Numbered from the stretch's first letter, positions 8,443 to 22,275 are shown. The stretch: DNA of 64,000 bases from Acidimicrobiia bacterium (GCA_965216945.1 CBDCGU010000003.1:2440382-2504381); one strand, 5' to 3'. The notes: generated from the letters alone by a model not told the origin. A program made the numbers and translations.

Positions 8443-9354
8443 ATGCAACTGCCGGACAGAGTGTCGATCGTCGAGGTGGGGGCGCGGGATGGGCTGCAGA
8501 ACGAGTCGACGCCGCTCGACACGGACACGAAGCTCGCCCTGATCGACCGGCTGGTGGCCGCCGGGACCCGCAGAATCGAGACCGTCTCGTTCGTCCATCC
8601 CAAGCTCGTGCCGCAAATGGCCGATGCCGAGGCTGTCATGGAAGGCCTCGATCGTAGCCCGGACGGGGTCTCCTACATCGGGCTCGTCCTCAACCGGCGC
8701 GGTCTCGACCGTGCTCTCGAGACCACCGTCGACGAGGTGAACTTCGTCGTGTCCGCCAGCGAGGGATTCAACCGCGCCAACCAGGGTGCGGCCGTGGAGG
8801 ACACCATGACCGAGATCGAGGCCATGGTGCCGATCGCCGTCGACGCCGGACGGGCCACGACCGTGACGATCTCGGTTGCATTCGGGTGCCCCTACGACGG
8901 CGAGGTGTCGATCAGGGCCGTGGTCGAACTGGCCGCAAGAGCCGCGGCGTGCGGGGCGGAAGAGATCGCTCTGGGAGACACGATCGGCGTCGCCGCACCG
9001 GGCGATGTGGTCCAGCGCTTCGCGGCAACCGCGGCCGTTGCCGGTGAGGCTCGCCTGCGAGGCCACTTCCACGACACCCGCAACACGGGTGTCGCCAACG
9101 TCTACGCCGCCCTCACGGCGGGCGTAGACGTCGTCGACGCATCCGTTGGAGGTGCCGGCGGATGTCCGTTCGCACCCAACGCCACCGGCAACGTGCCGAC
9201 GGAGGACGTGTTGTATGCGCTCCACCGCATGGGTATCGCCACGGGTATCGACCTCGACGCAACCATCGCCACCGGGGAGTGGCTGGGAAGCCGGCTCGGC
9301 AAGACCCTGCCTGCTGCGCTGGCCCGAGCAGGCGGGTTCCCCGCCGGCGACTGA
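8443..9354 (+). CDS. Hydroxymethylglutaryl-CoA lyase
   Basis: MQLPDRVSIVEVGARDGLQNES...IALGDTIGVAAP...HFHDTRNTGVANVYAAL...GGCPFAP is the HMGL-like family signature. GTG 8425 is an alternative start. Confidence 0.85.
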   Translation: MQLPDRVSIVEVGARDGLQNESTPLDTDTKLALIDRLVAAGTRRIETVSFVHPKLVPQMADAEAVMEGLDRSPDGVSYIGLVLNRRGLDRALETTVDEVNFVVSASEGFNRANQGAAVEDTMTEIEAMVPIAVDAGRATTVTISVAFGCPYDGEVSIRAVVELAARAAACGAEEIALGDTIGVAAPGDVVQRFAATAAVAGEARLRGHFHDTRNTGVANVYAALTAGVDVVDASVGGAGGCPFAPNATGNVPTEDVLYALHRMGIATGIDLDATIATGEWLGSRLGKTLPAALARAGGFPAGD

Positions 9355-9650
9355 GGTCCGAGGACGCCCCCACCCTGCAGGCAGTGCCACGCCCATGACA
9401 TCGGCGATCCTGACCGTCCTGGACGCGGTGGATGTTGTGAGTCGGCGAGGGACGTGGATTGCGTTTCGTCTCGATCACCCGGAGTGTGAGGCGGGACGAC
9501 GCCTTGCGGTTCGTGACACAACGCTGACTCCGTCCCATCCATTCGACCCTTCCTGTCCCGTTGCGATACCAACGCCCGGCCCTGGCGACCGATGGAGGCA
9601 CCCGGCACCGTGGAGGGGATCACGCGATCTGCCGCGAAAGGAGGCCGTTG

Positions 9651-10265
9651 GTGGACACGAGGCTCGCCAACCCCGGACCGCTCGGGCTGATGGGGTTCGG
9701 CATGACCACGATCCTGCTCAACATTCACAACGCAGGTTTCTTCGAGATCAGTGCGGTGATCCTGTCGATGGGGATCTTCTACGGCGGACTCGCTCAAGTC
9801 ATCGCCGGGCGGATGGAGTTCCACAAGGGGAACACGTTCGGCGTGACCGCGTTCACGTCCTACGGGCTGTTCTGGATGTCGCTCGTCGCCCTGCTGCTCT
9901 TGCCCGAGTTCGGCTGGGCCGAGGCCACGCCGACCGCGTTCATGGGCTGGTACCTGTTCTTGTGGGGCGTGTTCACGCTGTTCATGTTCTTCGGGACGCT
10001 CAAGGGTGTCACGATGCTGCAGTTCGTGTTCGCCACGCTCGCAGTGCTCTTCTTCCTCCTCGCCATCGGTGATTGGACCGGCAACGAGACAATCACCAGG
10101 ATCGCCGGCTGGGAGGGCATCCTGTGCGGTGCCAGCGCCTTCTACCTCGCAATGGGCGAAGTGGTGAATGAGGCGCTCGATCGAACCGTGCTGCCGATCG
10201 ACGTCGCCCATCTCCCGCGCCTGCGGAGGCATGAGGTTCGGCATCGTGGAGTGACGGCCCACTGA
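9651..10265 (+). CDS. GPR1/FUN34/YaaH-family acetate/succinate channel (SatP-like)
   Basis: GTG 9651 is preceded by GAAAGGAGG. The product has [14 protein letters not shown] (the NPAPLGL motif), six hydrophobic helices and SYGLFW. Confidence 0.8.
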   Translation: MDTRLANPGPLGLMGFGMTTILLNIHNAGFFEISAVILSMGIFYGGLAQVIAGRMEFHKGNTFGVTAFTSYGLFWMSLVALLLLPEFGWAEATPTAFMGWYLFLWGVFTLFMFFGTLKGVTMLQFVFATLAVLFFLLAIGDWTGNETITRIAGWEGILCGASAFYLAMGEVVNEALDRTVLPIDVAHLPRLRRHEVRHRGVTAH

Positions 10266-10344
10266 GCTTCACGCACAGACGCCGCGTGGAGGCGGCGCCT
10301 CGACCGCCCTAATCTCGGCTCGCCGTATCAGGGGGCCGGAGCGC

Positions 10345-13635
<3,291 letters not shown>

Positions 13636-13682
13636 CGGTGCCGGGTCGGCCCGGTCGCCGGTACCGATCCCGAGTCCACCGG

Positions 13683-14333
13683 TCAAGACGTGACGATGGT
13701 GGCGTCGTCGCTTGTCCCGACGTCCACCAGTGCATCAGGATCGACGACCAAGCGGGCTTCTCCCGACAGTGATCCGAGCACGGTGCGCACCGACGTGAGC
13801 GACACCGTGGCGTCGCTCGCGTCGATATCGGCGCGCCTCGCCCTGAGCCCCGAAAGGCTGAGTCGGGCACCGTCGCGCGCCACGAGCTCCACCTGGTCGA
13901 CGCGACCCGTTGCCGAGATGCCTGCCCCTCCTGCCGCCTCCAGGTAGGTCAATGCCGGTAGAACCACTTCGACACGGCGGTTGCCCCCCGGAGGGAACGT
14001 GACCGCATCGTCGAGACGGACCATGAGCGTGCCGCCGGATACCTCGGTGACGACCTGATCGACGACATTGTCGTCGTAGTGGACCGTGACGGTTGGTGCG
14101 GCGATCGGGTCGACCACCACTCGGATGTCGAGGAGGCCGAAGGCTTCGATGCGTTCGAACGTCGTGACGTCGCGGGCTTGGCTGACGATCTCACCGGACG
14201 CATCGACGGCGCCTCCGCCGCACGCGGTGAGGGCCAGCATGAGTGCCGTCAGCAGCAGGATCGAGGGGCTTCTCACGAGGGCGTTGCTCGGTTCAGCGAT
14301 GGCTAGGGGCTGTCTGCATGTTGTCATCAGCAT
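13683..14333 (-). CDS. Lipoprotein, beta-helix-like (DUF2807-like, tentative)
   Basis: Lipobox LMLALTAC within the N-terminus, followed by repetitive beta-strand-like segments. GTG 14276 would give a cleaner signal peptide. The upstream part of ORF 13683..14933 overlaps the acyl-CoA dehydrogenase gene and was discarded. Confidence 0.55.
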   Translation of the reverse strand: MLMTTCRQPLAIAEPSNALVRSPSILLLTALMLALTACGGGAVDASGEIVSQARDVTTFERIEAFGLLDIRVVVDPIAAPTVTVHYDDNVVDQVVTEVSGGTLMVRLDDAVTFPPGGNRRVEVVLPALTYLEAAGGAGISATGRVDQVELVARDGARLSLSGLRARRADIDASDATVSLTSVRTVLGSLSGEARLVVDPDALVDVGTSDDATIVTS

Positions 14334-14537
14334 CACAGGTCGGGACGGCCAAGGCGACCGGGGGAAGCACGAGTGCCTCCGGTACGATCTGGCGCCGCCC
14401 CATCGCCGTCGCATCTGCGGGCGGAAGCCGACATCGCTGCCCATCTGTGCGCCGTCGGCATTCCCCGGCGGCGCAGGGAAGAATGAGCCGGACGGCCCAC
14501 TCGGATCGTTTTTGCGAGATGGTACGTTTTGCTCACT

Positions 14538-14693
14538 ATGTCGGTGGTGGGCTCTGTTGTAGGCACGGCATTGGCGATCGCGCTCGGTGCCCTTGGTTGG
14601 AGCCTGTCGTCGGATGCGCGGCGCCACACCGAGCAGCGGCGGTTCGATCGGGAGTTCGAGCGCATCGTGCGCCAGCTCGACGGAACCCGGTGA
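14538..14693 (+). CDS. Candidate small single-pass membrane protein (51 aa)
   Basis: My own translation: MSVVGSVVGTALAIALGALGWSLSSDARRHTEQRRFDREFERIVRQLDGTR. G/C at most third positions. It sits in an otherwise empty 360-nt gap. Below the ORF-track length cutoff. Confidence 0.3.
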   Translation: MSVVGSVVGTALAIALGALGWSLSSDARRHTEQRRFDREFERIVRQLDGTR

Positions 14694-14697
14694 CGCG

Positions 14698-15858
14698 TCA
14701 GATTCCCAGTTGGCGGGCTGCCAGGTCGCGCATGATCTCCTCTGATCCACCGCCGATGGCGTTGACACGCACCTCCCGGTAGATCCGCTCCACCGGGTTG
14801 CCACGAAGGTAGCTGGCGCCGCCGAGAACCTGGGCGGCTTCCCGGGCGCAGAGCTCCATGGTGAGGCTGGCCTGAACCTTGCATTCGGCCAGTTCCGCCA
14901 CCGGCTTGTCGCCCTGGGAGACGCGCCACGCAAGCTGTTCCATCCACGCTCTCGTGGCGTTGATGGTGCGGTCCATCTCGACGAGCTTGTGCCGGATCAC
15001 CTGGTGATCGCCGAGCCGGCGACCGAACGTCTCCCGCTCCCGCGCCCATCTGAGCGCCTCGTCGAAACACACCCGAGAGGCTCCGACCATGCCGGCGATC
15101 ATGAAGAGCCGCTCGTAGTTGAAGTTCTCCATGATGATGCGGAAGCCTGCGTTCTCGGTGCCGAGCAGGTACTTCGCCGGCACCCGGCAGTTGTCGAAGT
15201 ACAACGTTGCGGTGTCCGAGCACCACCATCCCATCTTGGTGAGCGGCGTGGCGGAGAAGCCGTCAGCCGTGGCCGGGACGACGAGCAGCGAGACTCCCGC
15301 CGGGCCCGGCCCGCCCGTGCGCACGGCCGTCGTGATGTAGTCGGCGCGGAGCCCCGACGTGATGAACGTCTTCTGCCCGGTGACGACGAAGTGATCGCCG
15401 TCCCTCACCGCCCTCGTCTCGAGATTGGCGACGTCGGACCCACCACTCGGCTCCGTGATCGCCAGGGCACAGACGAGGTCGCCCGCGAGCATGCCGGGGA
15501 GGATCTCCGCCTTCACCTCGTCGGTTCCGGCGCGGTTGATGGGTGGCCCTCCGATGTAGTTGGAGAACAACGACGCCCCGATTCCGCCTGCGCCGCTCCT
15601 GGCGATCTCCTCGGACAGGATGCAGAGCAGGATCGGGTCGTGGCTGCCCATGCCGCCGAATTCGGTGTCGAAGCCGATACCGAACATTCCGAGTTCGCCG
15701 GCCTTGCGATACAGCTCACGGGGGAACTCGCCGGCCTCGTCCCATTCGTTGGCGAAGGGTGTGATCTCGGTGGCGACGAACTCGCGGATCGTATGACGAA
15801 AGAGACCGTGCTCCTCGGTGTAGATCGGGAGGGTCGTCGTCGAGCTCGTCTCGGCCAT
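14698..15858 (-). CDS. Acyl-CoA dehydrogenase (isovaleryl-CoA dehydrogenase-like by context)
   Basis: The C-terminal 386 aa of ORF 14698..18120, from MAETSSTTTLPIYTEEHGLF. ACAD motifs ALAITEPSGGSD, GQKTFITSG, YEVRVNAIGGGSEEI-type REVRVNAIGGGSEEIM. It is divergent from the carboxylase genes. Confidence 0.9.
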   Translation of the reverse strand: MAETSSTTTLPIYTEEHGLFRHTIREFVATEITPFANEWDEAGEFPRELYRKAGELGMFGIGFDTEFGGMGSHDPILLCILSEEIARSGAGGIGASLFSNYIGGPPINRAGTDEVKAEILPGMLAGDLVCALAITEPSGGSDVANLETRAVRDGDHFVVTGQKTFITSGLRADYITTAVRTGGPGPAGVSLLVVPATADGFSATPLTKMGWWCSDTATLYFDNCRVPAKYLLGTENAGFRIIMENFNYERLFMIAGMVGASRVCFDEALRWARERETFGRRLGDHQVIRHKLVEMDRTINATRAWMEQLAWRVSQGDKPVAELAECKVQASLTMELCAREAAQVLGGASYLRGNPVERIYREVRVNAIGGGSEEIMRDLAARQLGI

Positions 15859-15948
15859 GGGCCGAATGTAGTGGGCGCAGCCGGCGAGCGGTCGGGGGCG
15901 GGGCACTAGGTTGCTCGCGACCGAACCGTCCGTTACCGGGGGACCCTG

Positions 15949-17556
15949 GTGAGCTCGATAGGCACAGCGTTGCGCAGCAGGCTGGACACCGGCTCCGCCG
16001 AGTACCAGGCGAACCTCGCAGCCATGCAGGCGCTGTGGGACGAGGTCGCCGCCCAGCTCGCCCTGGTGCCGGGAATCGGCGGGCAGCGCTACGTGGACCG
16101 CCACCGCCGCCGTGGCAAGCTGTTGGTGCGTGAGCGGATCGAGATCCTCGTCGATGCCGACACTCCGTTTCTCGAGCTGAGCCCTCTGGCCGGCTGGGGC
16201 ACTCAGGATCCGATCGGGGTGGGTGTCGTGACCGGCATCGGCGTCGTCGAGGGCGTGGAATGCGCCATCACCGGATCCGACATGACCTACAAGGGGGGAT
16301 CGGCGAACCCGACCACGCTCACCAAGACCCTGCGCTTCTTCGACATCGCCAGGCAGAACCGGCTGCCGGTGATCGTGCTCAGTGAGTCGGCCGGTGCCGA
16401 TCTGCCCCGCCAGGCGGACATCTTCGTTCGTGGCGGCCAGCAGTTCCGCAACCTCACCCAGCTCTCCAAGTTGGGTATCCCCTCGATCACCGTCGCATTC
16501 GGACCGAACACTGCCGGCGGCGCCTACGTCCCCGGGATGTCCGACTACTCGGTGTTCGTCAGGGAGCGAGGCACGGCGTATCTCGGAGGGCCGCCCCTCG
16601 TGAAGATGGCGATCGACGAGGTCGTGGACGAGGAGGCACTCGGCGGGGCCGAGATGCACTCGCGGACGAGCGGGTTGTCCGACTACCTGGCCGTCGATGA
16701 GATGGATGCGCTCCGCATCACCAGGCAGATCGTGCGCCACCTCCGCTGGCGCAAACTGGGGCCCGGCCCCAGCGAGCAAGGCGATCCGCCGCTCTACGAC
16801 CCCGCCGAGCTGCTGGGCTGCGCCTCGGCCGATGTGCGCATCCCGTTCGACATTCGTGAGGTCTACGCCCGCCTGCTCGACGGGTCCCGATTCGAGGAGT
16901 TCAAGCCGCTGTTCGGAGCACAGCTCGTGTGTGGCTGGGGATCGATCCACGGTTTCCCCGTCGGCCTTCTCGGCAACAACGGGATTCTGTTCTCCGAGGA
17001 GGCGAAGAAGGCAGCCCAATTCATCCAGTTGTGCAACCGGACCGACACGCCGCTGGTGTTCTTGCACAACATCACCGGCTTCATGGTCGGCTCGAAGGCG
17101 GAGCAGGGCGGGATCATCGTCAACGGGGCCAAGATGATCAACGCCGTCTCCAACTCCACCGTGCCGCATTTCAACCTGATGGTGGGGGCCAGCTACGGGG
17201 CGGGAAACTACGGCATGGCGGGCAACGCGTATGACCCCCGCTTCATCTTCTCGTGGCCCAACCACAGGATCGCGGTGATGGGGGGCAAGCAGCTCGCCGG
17301 GGTCATGGAGATCATCTCCCGCAACTCCGCAGCCAAACGCGGACTGGAGATCGAGGAGGCCGCGCTGACCGCCCAGACGGCGATGTTGGAGACGCAGATC
17401 GACAACGAGTCGACGGCGCTGTTTGCAACCGGCCGCGTGTGGGACGACGGCATCATCCACCCGGGCGACTCCCGCACCGTGCTGGGCATGGCGCTGTCCG
17501 CCGCACACAGCAACCTCGTACGTGGCGCGACCGAGTTCGGCGTATGGAGGCACTGA
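15949..17556 (+). CDS. Acyl-CoA carboxylase carboxyltransferase (beta) subunit, methylcrotonyl-CoA carboxylase-like
   Basis: 535 aa carboxyl_trans family: KLLVRERIEILVD, GGSANPTTLTK, SESAGADLP, GAKMINAVSNSTVP, WPNHRIAVMG. Confidence 0.9.
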   Translation: MSSIGTALRSRLDTGSAEYQANLAAMQALWDEVAAQLALVPGIGGQRYVDRHRRRGKLLVRERIEILVDADTPFLELSPLAGWGTQDPIGVGVVTGIGVVEGVECAITGSDMTYKGGSANPTTLTKTLRFFDIARQNRLPVIVLSESAGADLPRQADIFVRGGQQFRNLTQLSKLGIPSITVAFGPNTAGGAYVPGMSDYSVFVRERGTAYLGGPPLVKMAIDEVVDEEALGGAEMHSRTSGLSDYLAVDEMDALRITRQIVRHLRWRKLGPGPSEQGDPPLYDPAELLGCASADVRIPFDIREVYARLLDGSRFEEFKPLFGAQLVCGWGSIHGFPVGLLGNNGILFSEEAKKAAQFIQLCNRTDTPLVFLHNITGFMVGSKAEQGGIIVNGAKMINAVSNSTVPHFNLMVGASYGAGNYGMAGNAYDPRFIFSWPNHRIAVMGGKQLAGVMEIISRNSAAKRGLEIEEAALTAQTAMLETQIDNESTALFATGRVWDDGIIHPGDSRTVLGMALSAAHSNLVRGATEFGVWRH

Positions 17557-19556
17557 TGAGCCGGCGCCTGCGCAAGCTGCTGATCGCAAACCGTGGCGAG
17601 ATCGCCGTCCGTGTCGCCGCCACCGCTCACCGCATGGGCCTCGGGACGGTTGGCTTGTATGCGGAGCCCGATGCCAATGCCCCCCACGTCGATGCGGTCG
17701 ATCGGGCTGTCGCTCTCGGGGGAGCGACCCCCGCCGATTCGTATCTGCGCACCGACGCCGTGCTGAAGGCCGCATTGGAGAACGGGTGTGACGCCGTCCA
17801 TCCGGGCTACGGGTTCCTCGCCGAGAACCCGGATTTCGCCCAACAGGTGGTCGATGCCGGGCTCGTGTGGGTCGGCCCGAGCCCGCAACAGATCGCATCT
17901 CTGGGCGACAAGATACGCGCCAAACAGATCGCAGCCGAGGCAGGGGTTCCCACGGCCTCCGCCGTGCGCGTGACGCCGGGAGAGCCGGCTCCGGACGTTG
18001 CCCTGCCGATCCTGGTGAAAGCGGCTGCCGGTGGTGGGGGGCGCGGCATGCGGGTGGTGCGCACCCGCCACGACCTGGAGGATGCCGTCGAAGCGGCATC
18101 TCGCGAAGCGGCGTCCGCATTCGGCGACGGGACGGTGTTCCTGGAGCCGTTCATCGAGAAGGGTCGCCACGTCGAGGTGCAGATCATGGGAGACCGCCAC
18201 GGCTCGGTGATCCACCTGGGAGACCGGGAGTGCTCGATTCAGCGGCGCAACCAGAAGATCCTGGAGGAGGCGCCCTCCGCGGGCATCACTGCAGAGACGC
18301 GGCAGGCGCTGTTGAACGGTGCGGTGGCGCTGGCCAAGCACGTCGGGTATGACAATGCCGGCACGGTTGAGTTTCTCGTCGCGGCAGATGGCACGGTCAG
18401 CTTCCTCGAGGTGAACGCACGGCTCCAGGTGGAGCATCCGGTCACCGAGGCGGTGACCGGTCTCGATCTCGTCGAGTTGCAGTTGAAGATCGCGGCTGGC
18501 GAGCCCCTTCCGGTGACGCAGGATGACGTGACGTTCGCCGGACACGCCATCGAGGTGCGGCTCGTGGCCGAGGACCCCGCAGCCGGCTGGCTGCCTTCCA
18601 CCGGCCGAATCGAGCGCTTCGACATCGGTGGCGGCGTCCGCGTCGACAGCGGCGTGCGGGCCGGCACGACGATCACCCCTGACTACGACTCGCTGGTTGC
18701 GAAGGTGATCGCGCACGCCCCGACCCGCGGAGAAGCAGCGGCGCGCCTCGCCAGGTCGCTGCGCACCGCAGCCATCGTCGGCCCGCGGACCAATGTGGCG
18801 AGCCTGGTGGCGGTGCTGGAGGACGAGCACTTTGCAGCCGCCGAGACGCCAACCTCCTATCTGGACGACCATCCCGATGTCGTGGCGGCAACGGGTCCCG
18901 AAGGCGACGACCGGGTGGCGCTCCTGCTGGGCGCCGTCTTCGCCGCCGAGCAGGCGTCTCGGTCTGCCGATCCCGCGACGGGATTCGCTCCTTCTGGCTG
19001 GCGCAACCTGCGCACCACCGGTCAGCGGCAGCTCTGGCAGCTCGGCGACGAGGAGCTGCACGTCGAGTACGTGATGCGTGGGTCCGGGGCGGCACTCGTG
19101 ATGCTGGGCGTCCCACCGGCGCCCGGGGATGACGGAAGCCTGCCCGAGGATGCACGTCGCCGCATCGATGTGCGTCTGCTCGATCGCTCATCCGATCGTC
19201 AGGTGGTGGAGCTCGATGGCGTGCGCCACGTCGTGACGGTCTCGACCCACGGATCCGCCGTGCACACCGCCAGCCGCGCCGGGTCGTTGACGTGGACGCG
19301 CAGGCCCCGTTTCGAGGTGCACGACACGGACGAGGCCGGCAGCGGACCGGTGTGCCCTCTCCCCGGCACGGTGATCGCCGTGTACGTCGATCCCGGTCAA
19401 TCCGTCGGCGCGGGCGATGTGCTGATGGTGGTCGAGGCGATGAAGATGGAGCACAAGATCACGACGGTGGCTGCGGCGACCGTGGCTGAGGTGCGCTACG
19501 CGGTCGGCGACCGGGTCGACGCCGGCGATCTGCTCGTCAGGCTCGATAGCGAGTGA
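17556..19556 (+). CDS. Biotin carboxylase / biotin-carboxyl-carrier (alpha) subunit of acyl-CoA carboxylase
   Basis: ATG 17556 overlaps the upstream TGA. The product has KLLIANRGEIAVRV, the ATP-grasp motif GGGGRGMRVV, the EMNARLQVEHPVTE-type EVNARLQVEHPVTE, and the C-terminal biotinylation motif VVEAMKMEH. Confidence 0.9.
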   Translation: MSRRLRKLLIANRGEIAVRVAATAHRMGLGTVGLYAEPDANAPHVDAVDRAVALGGATPADSYLRTDAVLKAALENGCDAVHPGYGFLAENPDFAQQVVDAGLVWVGPSPQQIASLGDKIRAKQIAAEAGVPTASAVRVTPGEPAPDVALPILVKAAAGGGGRGMRVVRTRHDLEDAVEAASREAASAFGDGTVFLEPFIEKGRHVEVQIMGDRHGSVIHLGDRECSIQRRNQKILEEAPSAGITAETRQALLNGAVALAKHVGYDNAGTVEFLVAADGTVSFLEVNARLQVEHPVTEAVTGLDLVELQLKIAAGEPLPVTQDDVTFAGHAIEVRLVAEDPAAGWLPSTGRIERFDIGGGVRVDSGVRAGTTITPDYDSLVAKVIAHAPTRGEAAARLARSLRTAAIVGPRTNVASLVAVLEDEHFAAAETPTSYLDDHPDVVAATGPEGDDRVALLLGAVFAAEQASRSADPATGFAPSGWRNLRTTGQRQLWQLGDEELHVEYVMRGSGAALVMLGVPPAPGDDGSLPEDARRRIDVRLLDRSSDRQVVELDGVRHVVTVSTHGSAVHTASRAGSLTWTRRPRFEVHDTDEAGSGPVCPLPGTVIAVYVDPGQSVGAGDVLMVVEAMKMEHKITTVAAATVAEVRYAVGDRVDAGDLLVRLDSE

Positions 19557-19629
19557 GCGGAAGCGGGGCCGTCGCAGTCCCCGATCGGTACGTTGGGGGA
19601 GACCCGCTGCGTCGAGCCAGGAGGCCCGC

Positions 19630-19935
19630 ATGAACACGATCGTCGTCCGCTACCGCCCCAAGCTCGAGCGCGCCGACGAGAACCAGCGGCTCGTCGAAGC
19701 CGTCTTCTCCGAGCTGCGTGAGTCGAGCCCCGAAGGGCTCAGGTACGCCACCTTCCGTCTCGATGATGGCACGTTCGTCCATATCGCAGAGGTCTCGACA
19801 GACCCCAATCCCCTCGGGAGCGTCGCGGCCTTTGCCGAGTTCCAGGAGGGTATCGCCGAGCGCTGTGAGCCGGGGGAAGCGCCCAATGCCCAACCCGCCA
19901 GCTTGATCGGGAACTACGGCCTCCTCGCCGAGTGA
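19630..19935 (+). CDS. Small hypothetical protein (possible ferredoxin-like/ABM fold)
   Basis: 101-aa ORF with a GGAGG-like site upstream. No diagnostic motif seen. Confidence 0.45.
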   Translation: MNTIVVRYRPKLERADENQRLVEAVFSELRESSPEGLRYATFRLDDGTFVHIAEVSTDPNPLGSVAAFAEFQEGIAERCEPGEAPNAQPASLIGNYGLLAE

Positions 19936-19961
19936 GGGAACAGGGCACTCACCGGCTCCGG

Positions 19962-20801
19962 TCAGGCCGAGCGCAGTGTGGCCAGAGTCGCCAGGACGGC
20001 GGCGACATCTCCTTGCGTGGGGATCCGGTGCGACGCTTGCGTGGGTCCGGGACCGACCTTGATGCCGACGTCGTCCGGGCCGAGGATCGCAAAGGCATCC
20101 TCGTCCGTGACGTCATCGCCGAGGAACACGACGGCGTCGACCTCGAGCGCACGACGGAGACGCCTCAGGGCGATGCCCTTGTCGACGTCGGTCAAGCTCA
20201 GCTCGACGATCTTCTTGCCTTCCATGACGCGAATACGGGGCCGGGCGGCAGGTCCGGTGAGGACGCTGCGAGCGGCGTCGTCCTGCTGGTGACCGGCGAC
20301 GTCGCGATAGTGAAACACGACACCGGCCGGCTTGATCTCGACGCGGCTGCCGGGAAACCGGGTGGCGATGCGGGCCATCTCGTCGGCAATGCCGTCCCGC
20401 AGTGCCTCTCGAGAGCCGGAGAGCACTCGATCGGCGGTGGCCTCGGCTCCGTGACTGCCGAGCAAGACCACACCCTCGGGCTCCCCGGACAGCCGGCGCA
20501 GATCGGCCAGGGTGCGCCCCGAGATGAGTGCGACGTGAGTGTCAGGAGCGGTGGCGAGGTGTGTGAGCGACGTGATGGCGCCCCGGTCGGGGAGCGCACT
20601 GTCCGGATCCGAGACGATCGGCGCCAGGACCCCGTCGTAGTCGGACGCCACCAGCAACGATCGGGATCGGGCGATCTCGCGCAGCGCCGCGTCGAGGCCG
20701 GTCACGACTGGGAGGGTGCTGAACAGCGCCGGTCGGGACCCGAACCGGTGCGGCCGGTGACTCGCGCACATCCGACCACCGCACCCAGCAGTCCGGTCCA
20801 C
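19962..20801 (-). CDS. otsB: Trehalose-6-phosphate phosphatase
   Basis: HAD motif LLVASDYDGVLAPIV, GSHG, and the C-terminal FLGDDVTDEDAF. Starts 4 nt downstream of otsA. Confidence 0.85.
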   Translation of the reverse strand: MDRTAGCGGRMCASHRPHRFGSRPALFSTLPVVTGLDAALREIARSRSLLVASDYDGVLAPIVSDPDSALPDRGAITSLTHLATAPDTHVALISGRTLADLRRLSGEPEGVVLLGSHGAEATADRVLSGSREALRDGIADEMARIATRFPGSRVEIKPAGVVFHYRDVAGHQQDDAARSVLTGPAARPRIRVMEGKKIVELSLTDVDKGIALRRLRRALEVDAVVFLGDDVTDEDAFAILGPDDVGIKVGPGPTQASHRIPTQGDVAAVLATLATLRSA

Positions 20802-20805
20802 GGTG

Positions 20806-22182
20806 TCATGGTCGGTGCCCTCCTAGTGCATCCAGGCACTCGTCGGCCCATTGGTAGACGTCGTGGTTGCGAACGATGCGGCGCAGCGAGCGCATCCGCC
20901 GCCGCATCGGACGAGGTTCCATGGCGACGGCACGTTCCAGCGTGTCGACGACGGCATCGATGTCGTGCGGGTTCACGAGCAACGCCGCTCGTAGCTGCTC
21001 GGCGGCGCCGGCGAACTCCGAGAGCACCAAGACGCCGGTGTCATCGGTGCGGGTGGCGACGTATTCCTTGGCGACCAGGTTCATGCCGTCTCGCAGCGGT
21101 GTGACCAGCATCACGTCGGCAGCGATGTAGAGGCGGATCAGCTCTTCGAGCGGCAGACTGCGGTACATGTATTGCACGGGCACGTAGTCGAGCTGCCCCA
21201 GCTGGCCGTTGACGTTCCCCACGACCTCCTCGATCTGGCTGCGCATACCCTGGTAGGCGGGTACGTTCTCCCGGCTCGGAACGGCCACCTGGAGGAACTG
21301 GTAGCGCTGGTCGGGGTGACGTGCGACGAGGCCGGCGAATGCCTTGATACGGACGTCGATGCCCTTGGTGTAGTCGAGACGGTCGACTCCAAGGATCAAC
21401 CGAGTGGGGTCTCCGAGCCGGGCCCGCAGTTCAGCAACCTCGGCGAGCGTTGAGGGGGCGCTTGCCATGGCGGCGAATTGATCGGCGTCGATCGCGATCG
21501 GTGCCACCTGGACGCGGATGTGACGGCCACGAAAGTGCAGCTCCTGCGACGTGCCCGTTGCGTCGGTGAAACGGCGTGCGGCGCGGGTGAACGCCAGCGC
21601 ACTCTGCCGGGTCTGGAACGCGACGACGTCCGATCCGAGCAGCCCCTCCAAGATCTCACGCCGCCAGGGAAGCCGGGCGAACAGCTCCAGCGGAGGAAAC
21701 GGGATGTGAAGGTAGAACCCGATGGCGAGATCCGGCCGCCGGTCGCGCATCATCCGCGGCACGAGCTGGAGCTGGTAGTCCTGCACCCACACGATCTCGT
21801 CGGGTCCGACGGTGCGCAGCGCGGCCTCCGCATAGAGCGTGTTCACCCGTTCATACGGCCGCCACCAATGCCGGTGGAACTCGGGGGTCACGAGAGCGTC
21901 GTGGTACAGGGGCCACAACGTCCCGTTACAGAACCCTTCGTAGAAGCCTTCGAGCTGCTCGCGGGAGAGCCGCACCGGCACTTGGGCGATACCGGCGTGC
22001 TCGAACGGCTCGAGGTCCAGATCGGGAGCACCGGCCCAACCCACCCAGGCGCCCTCGCTCTCGCGCAGGATGGGCTCGAGGGCCCGCACCAGCCCGCCAG
22101 GGCTCATCGTCCACTGGCCGTTGGGGAGGCTGCTGACAGGCAGACGGTTGGCTACGACGACGATGCGGCGTCTGGTCGGCAT
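20806..22182 (-). CDS. otsA: Alpha,alpha-trehalose-phosphate synthase (UDP/ADP-forming)
   Basis: 458 aa GT20: VVVANRLP, GGLV, WVQDYQL, FLHIPFP, GVDRLDYTKG, TPLRDGMNLVAKEY. Confidence 0.9.
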   Translation of the reverse strand: MPTRRRIVVVANRLPVSSLPNGQWTMSPGGLVRALEPILRESEGAWVGWAGAPDLDLEPFEHAGIAQVPVRLSREQLEGFYEGFCNGTLWPLYHDALVTPEFHRHWWRPYERVNTLYAEAALRTVGPDEIVWVQDYQLQLVPRMMRDRRPDLAIGFYLHIPFPPLELFARLPWRREILEGLLGSDVVAFQTRQSALAFTRAARRFTDATGTSQELHFRGRHIRVQVAPIAIDADQFAAMASAPSTLAEVAELRARLGDPTRLILGVDRLDYTKGIDVRIKAFAGLVARHPDQRYQFLQVAVPSRENVPAYQGMRSQIEEVVGNVNGQLGQLDYVPVQYMYRSLPLEELIRLYIAADVMLVTPLRDGMNLVAKEYVATRTDDTGVLVLSEFAGAAEQLRAALLVNPHDIDAVVDTLERAVAMEPRPMRRRMRSLRRIVRNHDVYQWADECLDALGGHRP

Positions 22183-22275
22183 TGCGCAGACCCTAACGAT
22201 GCTGCGGTTGATGGCGAATCGTCGTGTCGGGACGACCGGCCCTTCTGCCCTGCCGGCAGCGCCGAATAGGCTGAT

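Noticed and set aside
15859-18120. The N-terminal ~750 aa of the 1140-aa ORF 14698..18120
   Set aside because: Only the last 386 aa (from MAETSS...) look like an acyl-CoA dehydrogenase. The upstream part is antisense to the carboxylase genes and is Arg/Pro-rich nonsense.
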